Below the pieces are notes generated by a model. It was not told the origin of the DNA and did no database searches. It saw only the letters and a program-made list of their open reading frames with translations. From contig CAXXJJ010000004.1 in assembly GCA_963667015.2 (NCBI GenBank), positions 1 through 64,000 of the forward strand: 64,000 nucleotides of DNA, in the 5' to 3' direction. The translations under genes were made by a program, and so were the position numbers. Below are positions 38,321-48,793 of the stretch, piece by piece; within the stretch, counting starts at the first letter, position 1, and the number at the start of each line of letters is the position of its first letter. The DNA comes from Desulfatiglandales bacterium (GTDB lineage Bacteria > Desulfobacterota > DSM-4660 > Desulfatiglandales > HGW-15).

Positions 38321-38671
38321 AGGGATTACAGGATCGCCACACGGGCGGCATTTAAGGCATTAAAAAAGAAGAGACGTTTTAAGGAAACCTCACTTGAAGA
38401 ACTTGGCGAACGGGAAAAACTTCTACATGATGCAGAATCTCAGATCATTTTAAAAGAGACTCTTGAATCCGTCTCATCGGTAATCAGTGATTTATCGCCT
38501 GCCAGCAGATCAGTCCTTTCACTGCATTTCCTGGAGGAAATGTCCCTCAAAGAAATTTCGAGCCTTGTTGATATCCCTGTAGGAACGGTTAAATCGCGAT
38601 TATCCTATGGAATCTTTAAATTAAGAGCAAAGATGAAAAAAGAGAGTAAGTCATCTTTTGTTAATGGATGA
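38321..38671 (+). pseudogene. 5'-truncated ECF sigma factor
   Basis: YRIATRAAFKALKKKRR...LSPASRSVLSLHFLEEMSLKEISSLVDIPVGTVKSRLSYG (end of region 2 plus region 4). In-frame TAG at 38318 and no start codon. Confidence 0.75.
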
Positions 38672-38679
38672 ACCTGCTT

Positions 38680-39251
38680 CTATTCGATCTTAAAACCAGA
38701 AAGGATCTCTCCTGCCCTGGCCATATTCTTTCGACAGGTGGCATCATCAATATCGGCATTTCCTGTAAGATCCTGCAATTGTTTAACCTTCGCCCTCAAC
38801 GATACCTTTAAATTATCAACTTCCTTTGCGAGATGCTTAAATTCATCCTTTTTACGCAAACGGACCTCACCGCTGATATCACCCTCCGACATCTCGCGAA
38901 TTATCCTGCGCAGTCTGAAAATGGGACCGGCCATACGATGGGAGGCAATCATTACATAGAAAAAAAGAAATACAAGCATTATACCCACGGAAACAGCCAT
39001 AGTCGGCCAGAGCAGCTTAATAGTGAAGTGGGTTGTGGAGGCGAAGAGAGCGATGTGGGATCAGGTGCAAAAGGATCCGGCTGTGTCAACATCGTAACCT
39101 CAACATCGCCATGAAGGTGATGTACCATTGCTAGGAAAAACAGAGACATGACAATAATAACAACACCCACCAGGCATGATTTAAATATCATTCTGTACTG
39201 AAAACCAGGATCAATAATGTAGATTCTTCTTTTGTATTTCTTCTTTGCCAT
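38680..39251 (-). pseudogene. Two-TM HAMP-domain protein split by a frameshift near 39015-39030
   Basis: ORF 38979..39251 (KRRIYIIDPGFQYR, TM) plus ORF 38680..39000 (TM, SHRMAGPIFRL..GD..VRLRKKDEF). Confidence 0.75.
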
Positions 39252-39593
39252 TTCGCGGTAATTCCTTTTGTTTTAATTTTAATCTGTATTAAATATCATA
39301 TCCTGAAAGGTTCCACCTTAAGTCCGTTGAAGAATCATCTTTATTCGGATCAACCGAAATGTTCAGAATGACGGATTAAAAACAGTCAGATGTCACTCAA
39401 CGATAAAAGATATCTGTTCTTTTTATCGGATTCAAAAAGAAATACATTAAAAAAGTTTTAATTTTATTTTAAGATATACCGGTAACCAGGAGCCAAATGC
39501 CGATAAATAAAAAAGGAAATATTATATAAAAATATGGGGTAAATTCCTGACAGTATTTACAGCCTCTTTAAACTCGTCATCACGTATCAATAA

Positions 39594-39980
39594 TCATTGT
39601 AACAGTATCATAAATATAATGATTATAAACATAACAAGCACAGCAAGTGTTATCAGCTTATAGCCGTCAAAGGAGATTTTGGGTTTATGTTTAATACGCT
39701 GTTCTTCAAGCCTGGCTGTAAAATCCTCTCGACCCAGATTATAGGCGGCCGCATACAATGGATGAGTTTCTTCCGCAAGACCTGAATCCTTATTTCCATT
39801 TATCACGGCATCACATCCTGCATGGACACCGGACTCAAAAATTTCCTGAAGATGGGTGGCTTTTGTCTTCTTTATACGCAGCTTATTGCAGATGAAGTCA
39901 ACCTGGGTCCGGGCATCATTTCCGGTTCGCATTAATTTTAACAGGTCTGTTGCTATTTTTACTGATTCTTTCTCATTCAT
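39594..39980 (-). CDS. Hypothetical protein with a C-terminal TM anchor
   Basis: 128-aa ORF with a hydrophobic tail. Confidence 0.5.
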   Translation of the reverse strand: MNEKESVKIATDLLKLMRTGNDARTQVDFICNKLRIKKTKATHLQEIFESGVHAGCDAVINGNKDSGLAEETHPLYAAAYNLGREDFTARLEEQRIKHKPKISFDGYKLITLAVLVMFIIIIFMILLQ

Positions 39981-40214
39981 TTTTATTAACCCACTGTGTC
40001 TGATCTGTAAGAAAATAACTATTTCATATTATATTTATCTTTTTAAAGCCTGCCATAAGGATCTTATATACCCTTCGGTAAAGCTTGACACAATCACAAT
40101 ATTTTTTCTATGTTTTAATAATTCTATACAGGCAGACCCCAATTTAGACATTAATCATAACTGTTTTTTTATTTTTTAAGCAAGATAGATCTGAAGCCGC
40201 AGCGGAGTGGAAAT

Positions 40215-40817
40215 ATGAAATGGAGAGTTATTCGTCTGGTAATATGGGGAATCATCCTTGGTGTAACAGAGTACTTATATTTTAATCCTGACCTTTCTTA
40301 CCTTGGATTTTACTTTCTCCTGGGAACAAATATCGTATATGTAATTTTTTTACAGATAAAAAGGTTTGTGGATCTGTTCCGCAAAAATCAGAAATCCTTT
40401 TTTAAAAAAATGTTCAGCCTCTCAGCCCTGGAACACCTTTTCTGGACCTTTATTGTATTCTTAACTATCCTGCTCGCCTTTGGCTTTCCTTATATTGATG
40501 ATGCTTTCCTGGGCGTTGACATTGATCTTATAGCAATATTTCCAGGTCTTGAATATTATGAAAGCGTTGCAAATGATTTTCTTCTATACGTCAATGCAGG
40601 TTATTTCCTTTTACTGTTAATCATAATATTTTCGGGTATTGTGCTGAAAGATAAAAAACATGAGAAGCCGGAACAGCATGATAATTTAAAGGAGACAGTT
40701 CAAAATCCACAGAAGCAGCCCTCACACTGTTCATCATGCAAGGCAGCCCTGGAGCCGGGAGACCGGTTCTGCCCCATGTGCGGCAGTAAAATATTTTTCA
40801 GTGTCAACGGGGGGTAA
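40215..40817 (+). CDS. Membrane protein with a C-terminal zinc ribbon
   Basis: 4 TM helices, CSSC...FCPMCG. Confidence 0.7.
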   Translation: MKWRVIRLVIWGIILGVTEYLYFNPDLSYLGFYFLLGTNIVYVIFLQIKRFVDLFRKNQKSFFKKMFSLSALEHLFWTFIVFLTILLAFGFPYIDDAFLGVDIDLIAIFPGLEYYESVANDFLLYVNAGYFLLLLIIIFSGIVLKDKKHEKPEQHDNLKETVQNPQKQPSHCSSCKAALEPGDRFCPMCGSKIFFSVNGG

Positions 40818-40822
40818 TCCGC

Positions 40823-43800
40823 ATGAGAAGATGGATAGCTCCATTTTTAAAGAGTATTACGATATCAGCCATTGTCTGCGTTATCGGGTTTGCAGTCACA
40901 TCCCAGAACAGGGTTGCCGGTGTACTGTTTCTTGCAGTATATTCAACATTTATGGTTGTAAAATCCTTTCGCAGGCCCATTCCCCTGGGTTTTCTGACTG
41001 CAGTTTTACCGGGCCTTACAGCCTTTGTATCATATGTGATTCAACTGAGCGTGATAGATTTCGGGACTCCTGACCTTCCCCTGGCAGGATTACTCATCGG
41101 AATCATTTCCGGTATTATCATGGGAATTGTCCACCGCACATATATTGAAAACGGAAGAATATGGGCTAAAAAAAGTTTCTGGTACCTGGTGCTGTGGGGT
41201 ATTTCCTATATTGCAGTTCAGGGAGCTGCGCTGGCCGGAGTTAGGGAGATTTCGGGCGGAGCCCTCGCTCTCTCCGGCTTTACATCCTCATCCCTTGTAA
41301 TGCTGTCTTTTTTTCTTTTTTGTAAATACATAAGAGGAAAGAAAAAACTGCGGATAGCCAACTCATCTTCTGTTGCAGCATTAATTATGATCTCAACTGC
41401 TGCTTTAATTATTCCTTTTTTTCCAGTCACAGGAAACAGCAGCAATAATTCAATTGCTGAGGAAACAGCCAGAAAGAATCGAGCTGTGAAGGAAGCATGG
41501 AAGAATGCTACCCCGGAACAGATACGTGCAAACGTAAAATTGATTGAATGTCTGGACAGAGAACTATATACAAAGGAGGAGTGCGACAGGTACTGGCAAA
41601 ATAGGAATAGCAGCAGGAATGTCACTACTCAGACTGACATGGAAACGGTAGCAAGTGCAGGCATTGCCGGTTCTGTGTGGCAGATGCTGATTGCGGCCAT
41701 TATGGCATCTATGATGTCAGGTGCTGCGTCTCTAGGAACCTCTGCAGCTGCAGAAGGTGCAATTAAATCGCTGTTGAATGAATCTCAGGTTTCTGGTCCT
41801 GAACTTATTAATCCGGATGATGATACTCCCCTTGAGCAGAAAAACGGCAAGTATCTGGTCTGGGGTGAATGGGTAGACTATGATGAAGCACAGCGATGGA
41901 TAAGGGAAAGAAAGGCTGATCAGGCAGCAAGAAGTGCTGAGATAGACAAACTTTTTGCAGCAGAACGTGAGGATAGACAGGCAAAATCCAATGCAAAACA
42001 CATAGCCAGGGGAGACCGCTATGATGCGGATTCCAATACATGGTATTCAAAGGAATATGAAGATGCCAGACTTGCGGCAGAGCATAAAGCGAAGATAGAC
42101 AAAGAAAATGCTAAAATGCTTAAAAAAAACAGGGACCATGCAGCCGACCGTCTGCGCGGAATGCTTACAAAGGAGGGTAAAGATCCCGGTTATGTGGATG
42201 ATTTAATTGCTGCCGGGCAGTGGGATAAGCTGTGCGACATGTTCCGGGACAGGGTGTATCAAAATATAAAGGATTCGGTACAGGTACATGCATCAGAACG
42301 AAGGTGGGCTGTTGCACACCATGTGGGTGAATACGGCGCAAGGATCGTTGAATCGGCGGCCAAGGCAGGTATAGCAGTACTTGCAGGCCCTGCAACCGGG
42401 GGATCTTCCATCGCCGCAATGGGTGCAGCGGCCGGTGCAACAGGGGCCATAGCCGGTGCAGGGGAGGGAACCGGTGCATATCTTGATGCTGTTGAAAAAC
42501 ATGGCCCTATAAACTCCAAAAACTGGTCAAAAATTGCAAGTAAGACAGTAAAGGGGACAGCTGTTGGATTTCTCTCAGGCGCAAAGGACGGGGCTGTCGG
42601 AGTCTATTGCGGCGGTCCGGGTGTTTCGAAAACAGTAAAGGTTCTGCTTCCTGCAGGATGTGATGCGGCGGAAACGTATCTTAGAACGGGTGACAGCAAA
42701 CAGGCATTGACAACAGGGGCATTATCTGTAGTTGGAGATCTTGGCGGTGATGTCGTAGATAAAATTGGAAATAAAGCCTTAAAAGAGGCAGCGGGAACCG
42801 CCTGGTCAGGGGTAATGGGCGGTGCAGGAAGCTATATTAACGGCGGAAAATTCGGTGAAGGAGTCATGACCGGGCTTGCAAACCGCGCGGGTTCCCGAAT
42901 TGGAGGAGACCTGGTACAGGGAGTGCAGGCATCACGGCCTGTCTCGGATGATGATTTAACAGACAGCTATGCAGCAGAAGGCAGGCTTCGTAAAGCATTA
43001 GATGAAGCCTCTCAAAAGAAGAAGAGTATTATTCCTATAGAGGATCAGCCGGAAGAAATAAAGGCCCTCTGGGCTTCGAGAAAAACAGTCGTTGAGATTG
43101 ATCCGGAAACCGGAGCAAAAAAGACAGTCATACTTGTTGATGAGGAGAAGGCATTCAACCAGCTTGCCGATACCGCTTCAAGCCGAAGTGCAAAACTCGC
43201 CGATCCTGATGTACAACAGGCCATTCTGGACACCAGAAAAAAAATAACCGATCCCGCGGATGAGGCCACTATTACACGTGCATTAAAAAAACCTGAGATA
43301 CAGTCTCAAATGCAGGAGGGGGACAGGCTTATTATGACCGGCTTTTCAACACCCGGATCAGAGCCGAGTGTTGGGGCGGACAGGGATGCAATCATGTGTA
43401 TTGCCAGACCAATTGAGGGAACTGACAAGGTGCAGTTGATCCAGGTTGATCGCAGGCTGTGGCAGAACGATGCGTATGATGAGTTTTATAAACATACTAT
43501 AAAATATGCCAGGACAGATGCTGACGGCAATATTACCCCTGAAACAGAGCCGGAATTTCACAGGCAGAAACAGGCCCTCGCCCACCTGAGAAAAAGACCT
43601 CTTGACCAGGAGACAATAGACATGGTTAAGGCCCGGGTACAGAAAAAGGTTGATGCCGAGATCGAGATAGAGAATAAATTCCAGAAGGCAGCCGGCATGC
43701 CGAATGTGGATACCGAGACCCGGCAGGCAAGGATTGACGCCCTGGTAGATCAGAGGATATCAAGACTGAACAGCCAGCTTTTAACAGATGATCAGATAAA

Positions 43801-44674
43801 CGCCCGTGCATGGGCGGCAAGTAGAAACCAGGTATTTACCGACCCATACCATATGGAAGCAAGCAGGGATAACTCAAACCAGGTTTTAACCGTTGTAGCC
43901 ACTCCCGATGGTAAGCCAAAAATCGTGAGGGCACAGGTAGGGGTTGAATTAAACGGAACAGTCAGGCCCATAGTTGATGCTGAAGGAGAAATAAGGACTG
44001 CCCCCGGTATTCTGGAAGGTCAGAAAGGACAGAGAAAAGGACTGATCGACCCCGAAGGCACCACTTCTATGTGGAAGACAAAACCGGATGATTATATTGA
44101 CGGGAATGTTCCCGAAGCTGTGGCCCAGGGGCAGAAGGGTATAAAACAGTTTATGAAACTGAGGGAGGGTCAGCGGCGGGGAGGATATGAGGTTCCGCCT
44201 CTTAAACCCCATGTTGCGGAGGCAATGGAAGCCCTGGTTCGTGCACCTGTAGATTCATCTTCATCCCCTCAGAAGATACAGGAATTAGAGGCAGCTTTAA
44301 AGGCAATTCGAAAACCGGATCCCACGGGCCAGAATCCTGACGGTATTTCTGCCTATCCCGGAGGAATAAAAGAGGCCCTTGAAAAACTGCCGGAACAGAA
44401 CAGGATGCTGGGAGCTGCAATGCCGAAAAGGATAACAGTTACTGTTCATTCGGATTTTCAGCAGGGGCCCCAGACAGCTGACGATATTCGAAGCGCAATG
44501 AGAGAAGGAATCAGCAACCCGCGAGACCCTCAAAATGTGGATAATCCGCCTCCAGAGTCTCCACCACCTGAACCCGATGACCTCGAAGAACGTATTCGCA
44601 AACTGGATGAAGAAAGGGCCAGCCTTGCCAGACAGATAGCCGAGAGAAATAAGGGGAAAGGAGAAAATTCATGA
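40823..44674 (+). CDS. Large membrane-anchored protein with Gly/Ala-rich helices and an unknown C-terminal domain (toxin-like)
   Basis: About 7 N-terminal TM helices, charged coiled coil, Gly/Ala-rich hydrophobic region, GFSTPG..VGADRD motif, Pro-rich end. Confidence 0.65.
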   Translation: MRRWIAPFLKSITISAIVCVIGFAVTSQNRVAGVLFLAVYSTFMVVKSFRRPIPLGFLTAVLPGLTAFVSYVIQLSVIDFGTPDLPLAGLLIGIISGIIMGIVHRTYIENGRIWAKKSFWYLVLWGISYIAVQGAALAGVREISGGALALSGFTSSSLVMLSFFLFCKYIRGKKKLRIANSSSVAALIMISTAALIIPFFPVTGNSSNNSIAEETARKNRAVKEAWKNATPEQIRANVKLIECLDRELYTKEECDRYWQNRNSSRNVTTQTDMETVASAGIAGSVWQMLIAAIMASMMSGAASLGTSAAAEGAIKSLLNESQVSGPELINPDDDTPLEQKNGKYLVWGEWVDYDEAQRWIRERKADQAARSAEIDKLFAAEREDRQAKSNAKHIARGDRYDADSNTWYSKEYEDARLAAEHKAKIDKENAKMLKKNRDHAADRLRGMLTKEGKDPGYVDDLIAAGQWDKLCDMFRDRVYQNIKDSVQVHASERRWAVAHHVGEYGARIVESAAKAGIAVLAGPATGGSSIAAMGAAAGATGAIAGAGEGTGAYLDAVEKHGPINSKNWSKIASKTVKGTAVGFLSGAKDGAVGVYCGGPGVSKTVKVLLPAGCDAAETYLRTGDSKQALTTGALSVVGDLGGDVVDKIGNKALKEAAGTAWSGVMGGAGSYINGGKFGEGVMTGLANRAGSRIGGDLVQGVQASRPVSDDDLTDSYAAEGRLRKALDEASQKKKSIIPIEDQPEEIKALWASRKTVVEIDPETGAKKTVILVDEEKAFNQLADTASSRSAKLADPDVQQAILDTRKKITDPADEATITRALKKPEIQSQMQEGDRLIMTGFSTPGSEPSVGADRDAIMCIARPIEGTDKVQLIQVDRRLWQNDAYDEFYKHTIKYARTDADGNITPETEPEFHRQKQALAHLRKRPLDQETIDMVKARVQKKVDAEIEIENKFQKAAGMPNVDTETRQARIDALVDQRISRLNSQLLTDDQINARAWAASRNQVFTDPYHMEASRDNSNQVLTVVATPDGKPKIVRAQVGVELNGTVRPIVDAEGEIRTAPGILEGQKGQRKGLIDPEGTTSMWKTKPDDYIDGNVPEAVAQGQKGIKQFMKLREGQRRGGYEVPPLKPHVAEAMEALVRAPVDSSSSPQKIQELEAALKAIRKPDPTGQNPDGISAYPGGIKEALEKLPEQNRMLGAAMPKRITVTVHSDFQQGPQTADDIRSAMREGISNPRDPQNVDNPPPESPPPEPDDLEERIRKLDEERASLARQIAERNKGKGENS

Positions 44675-45918
44675 CAGACAGCATGATATTCTCCGACAGA
44701 ATAATTCCTCCGGAATGGCAGTGTGAACTGTCCCCGAAAACCATGGCATGGCTTTTAAGTGATGATATCAAGGGAACAGACCTTTCTCCCAAATATCATT
44801 TTATTGAAGCACAGCCTCCGGATAAAGATGAAATGCACCGGCTGCTGTCATCGGGTATTATAAAAAAAACAGCCTCCGTCGCCCCTGATCTAACGGCTAT
44901 CGGTCAAAAAGTCATCTCCATTCTCGCAGCTCCTGTCTCCAATGTAACACTGCGAATCTGGGGTACAGAAAGATCATCAGCTGAAACAAGTGTCTATTTC
45001 CCGGGAAACCTAACAGAGGGGCCTGGCGTTCTGCTTACTGAGCAGGCTGATGGTAAATGGCGTCTTGCGGGTATGGTAAGTGCCATGGAGCTGATCTCAA
45101 TAGCCTCAAAAATGATACCTGCAGAGCCTGAAGACTGGATTAAACAGTCCTCATTCGAGGCTCATCTGGACGCAGCAACGGCAGCAGTTTTATGTGCGAT
45201 TATTGATATAGGCCGTACAGCCTATAGAAGACAGGGATTTCCTGATACAGGTCTTGAACCGGGGACAGCTTTTTCAGCCGGTGATGTTACAGGATACCTG
45301 GATGCCGGCTGGGGATTCTCAAATTTTGACCAGCTGATCTCTTATCTGCCCTCAACAGTCATGCGCGGTGATCCGCCGGGTATTTCAGAAATAGATGCTG
45401 CAATAGATATACTTACTGTAAATGACTATTTAAAGGAGAGTATCACAGGAAGGTATATTATCGGAGAACAGATAAGGAATATAATACCTGCCATGTTTGC
45501 TTTAAGAAGCGGAATTCAATGGCTGCGTACAAGTCTTATTGATGATGATTTAGCTGTATCAAGCAGAATTTTTCTGTCAGGTTCCAATGGTGCAGTCTTT
45601 ATGTTTTCACCAACTGTTGCAGATCATGTTTATATGAAACTTATATCAGGTGAAGACATGATAAGCTTTTTATCCGGTGAGATTGCAGAGATTCTGCCGC
45701 TTAAATATCAGGAAGAAAGTATTATTAATGACGGGCATGTCTGCAGGAAATGCAGGGCACCAATAAGAGATGGTGCTGTTTTTTGCACGATTTGTGGTGA
45801 AAAAGCTGCAGAGGATAATGCCCCCGCAATCAACAGGCCCTCTTTCTGCAGCACCTGCGGTAAAAAAATACGGTCTGGGGCTAAATTCTGTACTGGCTGT
45901 GGAGCACAGGTTAAATAA
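44671..45918 (+). CDS. Double zinc ribbon domain protein
   Basis: CRKC..FCTICG..FCSTCG..FCTGCG; ATGA overlap with the upstream gene. Confidence 0.75.
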   Translation: MTDSMIFSDRIIPPEWQCELSPKTMAWLLSDDIKGTDLSPKYHFIEAQPPDKDEMHRLLSSGIIKKTASVAPDLTAIGQKVISILAAPVSNVTLRIWGTERSSAETSVYFPGNLTEGPGVLLTEQADGKWRLAGMVSAMELISIASKMIPAEPEDWIKQSSFEAHLDAATAAVLCAIIDIGRTAYRRQGFPDTGLEPGTAFSAGDVTGYLDAGWGFSNFDQLISYLPSTVMRGDPPGISEIDAAIDILTVNDYLKESITGRYIIGEQIRNIIPAMFALRSGIQWLRTSLIDDDLAVSSRIFLSGSNGAVFMFSPTVADHVYMKLISGEDMISFLSGEIAEILPLKYQEESIINDGHVCRKCRAPIRDGAVFCTICGEKAAEDNAPAINRPSFCSTCGKKIRSGAKFCTGCGAQVK

Positions 45919-46299
45919 TCAACAGAGCGGTATAAACGGTAAAAGAGTGGCAAACAGAAATATAAATCCAATTGCAAAACAGAAGATTGAATAAATTGAA
46001 TAATAGATATCTTTTGCTTTGCTTTCTCTGTATTTTACCTCGAGGATTAGTACAGAAGCTATAAACAGACTTACTATTAAAATCCGAATTGATCCGATAT
46101 CAGTAAATTTCATTGCAATACCGGTTGGAACAGGTAGTGACTCTCCACTCTGTTCGATCACCGTTCTTATATTGCAGCTGCTTAAATCATTATTGGAGTT
46201 ATCCTTAAGCAGAATTGGCAGTAAAATAAAGGCAAACAGCGACAGTACAAGAGATTGTACCAGGATAAATCGCGATAAAAACTTTTCAGCCTTTGCCAT
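45919..46299 (-). CDS. Small hypothetical membrane protein
   Basis: 3 TM helices, LPVPT motif, AAGGA RBS. Confidence 0.55.
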   Translation of the reverse strand: MAKAEKFLSRFILVQSLVLSLFAFILLPILLKDNSNNDLSSCNIRTVIEQSGESLPVPTGIAMKFTDIGSIRILIVSLFIASVLILEVKYRESKAKDIYYSIYSIFCFAIGFIFLFATLLPFIPLC

Positions 46300-46374
46300 A
46301 GCTTTTTGATCCTTATACAGTTCTATGTTTATCTGAAGACCTTAAAAATAAAAATTTTCCATCTTTGAGTAAAG

Positions 46375-46530
46375 ACAGGGGGTCGTGTCCCGGCTAAACA
46401 AAGACGAAATGTGTTTAGCCGGATTCACCCTGTTAAATACTGCTATGCAGTCCGCCATGCGGATTAAACAGGGTGAACCCTGTTAAATGCTGTGTTGCGT
46501 TTGTTTGGCCCGGACCTGCTCCACCTGTTT
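46375..46530. repeat. Nested palindromic REP-like cluster
   Basis: CCGGCTAAACA/TGTTTAGCCGG and TTCACCCTGTT/AACAGGGTGAA arms; ACCCTGTTAAAT repeated. Confidence 0.6.
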
Positions 46531-46540
46531 TGAATATAAC

Positions 46541-48679
46541 CTAATTAAGCCCGCGTCTCTCAAGTAAAGGCTTCACATCGGGATTGCGTCCTCTGAAATT
46601 TCTAAACATCTGCATCGCTTCAATACTGCCTCCCCTTGACAATACAGTATCGCGTAAATGCTGCCCGTTTTCTCCTGTCAGGCCGCCATTTTCCTTAAAC
46701 CATTCCACTGCATCGGCATCCAGTACTTCCGCCCAGATGTAGGCGTAGTACCCTGCAGAATATCCGCCCATGATGTGGGAGAAATAGGGCAGATGATAAC
46801 GCGGAGGAACAACATCCAGTTTTGCTCCTGCCTTTGTCAGGGCATCCGCTTCAAACTGCATTATCTCATCAGCCGAAGGAACTTCTTCCGGCTTGAGCTG
46901 GTGCAGCGCCATATCCGTCAGAGAGGCCTCGAGGTACTCGGTGGTTTGAAAGCCCTGATTAAATTTTCTTGAGGCCAATACCTTGTCCAGTAGCTCGCGC
47001 GGCATGGGTTCACCGGTTTTATAGTGAACGGCATAGTTTTTAAGAACTTCCGGCCAGTATGCCCACATTTCGTTCACCTGCGATGGAAACTCGACGAAAT
47101 CTCTCGGTACACTGGTACCTGAAAAGTCTGGATAAGTAACATTGGATAACATCCCATGCAGCCCGTGCCCGAATTCATGGAACATGGTAGTTACTTCATC
47201 GAAAGTCATCAGGGTGGGTTCACCTTCCGGCGGCTTGGTAATGTTCAAATGATTACCGACTACAGCTTTGCGGTTCAATAGACTGGATTGATCAACATAG
47301 GAATTCATCCATGCACCGCCGCGTTTGCTGGGACGTGCGTAGAGGTCCATGATTAAAAATGCGAGCGTGGAGCCGTCTGCATCAAAAACCTCGAACACAC
47401 GAACATCATCCTGATAAACAGGCAGATCAGCTCTCTCTTTAAAGGTGATGCCATACAGTTTATTTGCCGCGTAAAACACACCATTCTTCAATACGCTGTT
47501 CACCTCAAGGTAAGGACGCAGTTCAGACTCATCAAAATTGAAGCGTTTCTGCCTGACCTTTTCGGTGTAGTAATCCCAGTCCCAGGAAGCCAGTTTAAAA
47601 TCACCGCCTTCACTGTCAATCAATTTCTGTAAATCTGCTGCTTCGCGTTTGGCATTGGCTACTGCAGGAGGTGTTAACTCGGCCAGACGCTGATTAACCG
47701 CTTCCACAGTTTTCGCGGTTTGATTCTGTAGTATATAAGCTGCGTGATTTTCAAAACCCAGCAGCTGTGCTTTCTCGGCCCGAAGTTTTGCCGTACGGCT
47801 CAATATTTCACGGTTATCGTACTCACCGCCGCGATACCCACGGGAAAGCGATATCTCATGAATACGCTGGCGAAGGGCGCGATTTTCCAGGCTTGCCAGG
47901 GCCGGCTGCCCACTGGTATTTAACAATGGAAGCACAAACTTACCTTTAAGATCCCGTGACCCGGCTTCGTCAGCAGCAGCTTTAATCTGCGCCTCGGTGA
48001 GACCGGCCAGCTCTTCGCGCGAATCAACAACAACAGCAAGATCATTGACTTCATTCATTACGTTTTGAGTGAATCTGGTTGAAAGCTCTGCCAGTTCGCT
48101 GTTGATTTCTTTCATTCGCTTTTTCTGCTCATCGTTTAAAGCTGCGCCCGACCGCACAAAATCTTTGTGGGTCTCTTCAATCAGGCGTTTAGATTCCGGA
48201 TCTAGGCCTGAATCATCACGCTTGTCATACAGGGCTTTTATCCGGTCATATAATTTTTTATTTAAAAGGATACTGTCCCCATGGGCTGACAGTTTAGGAG
48301 CAACTTCGGTCTCAACCGCTTTAATATCGTCATTAGTATGAGCCGCGGTCATTCCAAAAAAAACGTTTGAAACCCGTGATAACAAGGCACCTGATTTTTC
48401 CAGAGCGATTAAAGTGTTTTCGAAAGTCGGCGCCTCACTGTTATTGGCTATAACCTCAACCTCTGCCAGTTGATCGGCCATACCTTTTTCAAAGGCAGGA
48501 AGATAATGAGTGGTTTCTATGCGATCAAAAGGCGGAAATTCCAGAGGCAGGTCGCTGGATGAATAAAACGGATTGTCTCCGGCAACAGCGGATTGAGTAC
48601 TGTCCTGATTCGTATCTGAAGAGCAGGCAGTAATTATCACCGAAAGAGCCAGGACAGAGAACAACTGGATTTTTATCAT
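46541..48679 (-). CDS. dcp: M3 peptidyl-dipeptidase Dcp, lipoprotein
   Basis: ITA|C lipobox, KRGGAWM, FHEFGHGLH, RDFVEFPSQ, YSAGYYAYIW. Confidence 0.9.
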   Translation of the reverse strand: MIKIQLFSVLALSVIITACSSDTNQDSTQSAVAGDNPFYSSSDLPLEFPPFDRIETTHYLPAFEKGMADQLAEVEVIANNSEAPTFENTLIALEKSGALLSRVSNVFFGMTAAHTNDDIKAVETEVAPKLSAHGDSILLNKKLYDRIKALYDKRDDSGLDPESKRLIEETHKDFVRSGAALNDEQKKRMKEINSELAELSTRFTQNVMNEVNDLAVVVDSREELAGLTEAQIKAAADEAGSRDLKGKFVLPLLNTSGQPALASLENRALRQRIHEISLSRGYRGGEYDNREILSRTAKLRAEKAQLLGFENHAAYILQNQTAKTVEAVNQRLAELTPPAVANAKREAADLQKLIDSEGGDFKLASWDWDYYTEKVRQKRFNFDESELRPYLEVNSVLKNGVFYAANKLYGITFKERADLPVYQDDVRVFEVFDADGSTLAFLIMDLYARPSKRGGAWMNSYVDQSSLLNRKAVVGNHLNITKPPEGEPTLMTFDEVTTMFHEFGHGLHGMLSNVTYPDFSGTSVPRDFVEFPSQVNEMWAYWPEVLKNYAVHYKTGEPMPRELLDKVLASRKFNQGFQTTEYLEASLTDMALHQLKPEEVPSADEIMQFEADALTKAGAKLDVVPPRYHLPYFSHIMGGYSAGYYAYIWAEVLDADAVEWFKENGGLTGENGQHLRDTVLSRGGSIEAMQMFRNFRGRNPDVKPLLERRGLN

Positions 48680-48793
48680 TTTATTTCCCTCTCAATAGTT
48701 AATCTATTTGATTTTGTTAAGAATTTTCTTTTTAAAAAATGAAGTATATGGATTTGAGTGTTGCATGTCAATCTGTGTTCAAGTTTTGCAGGA

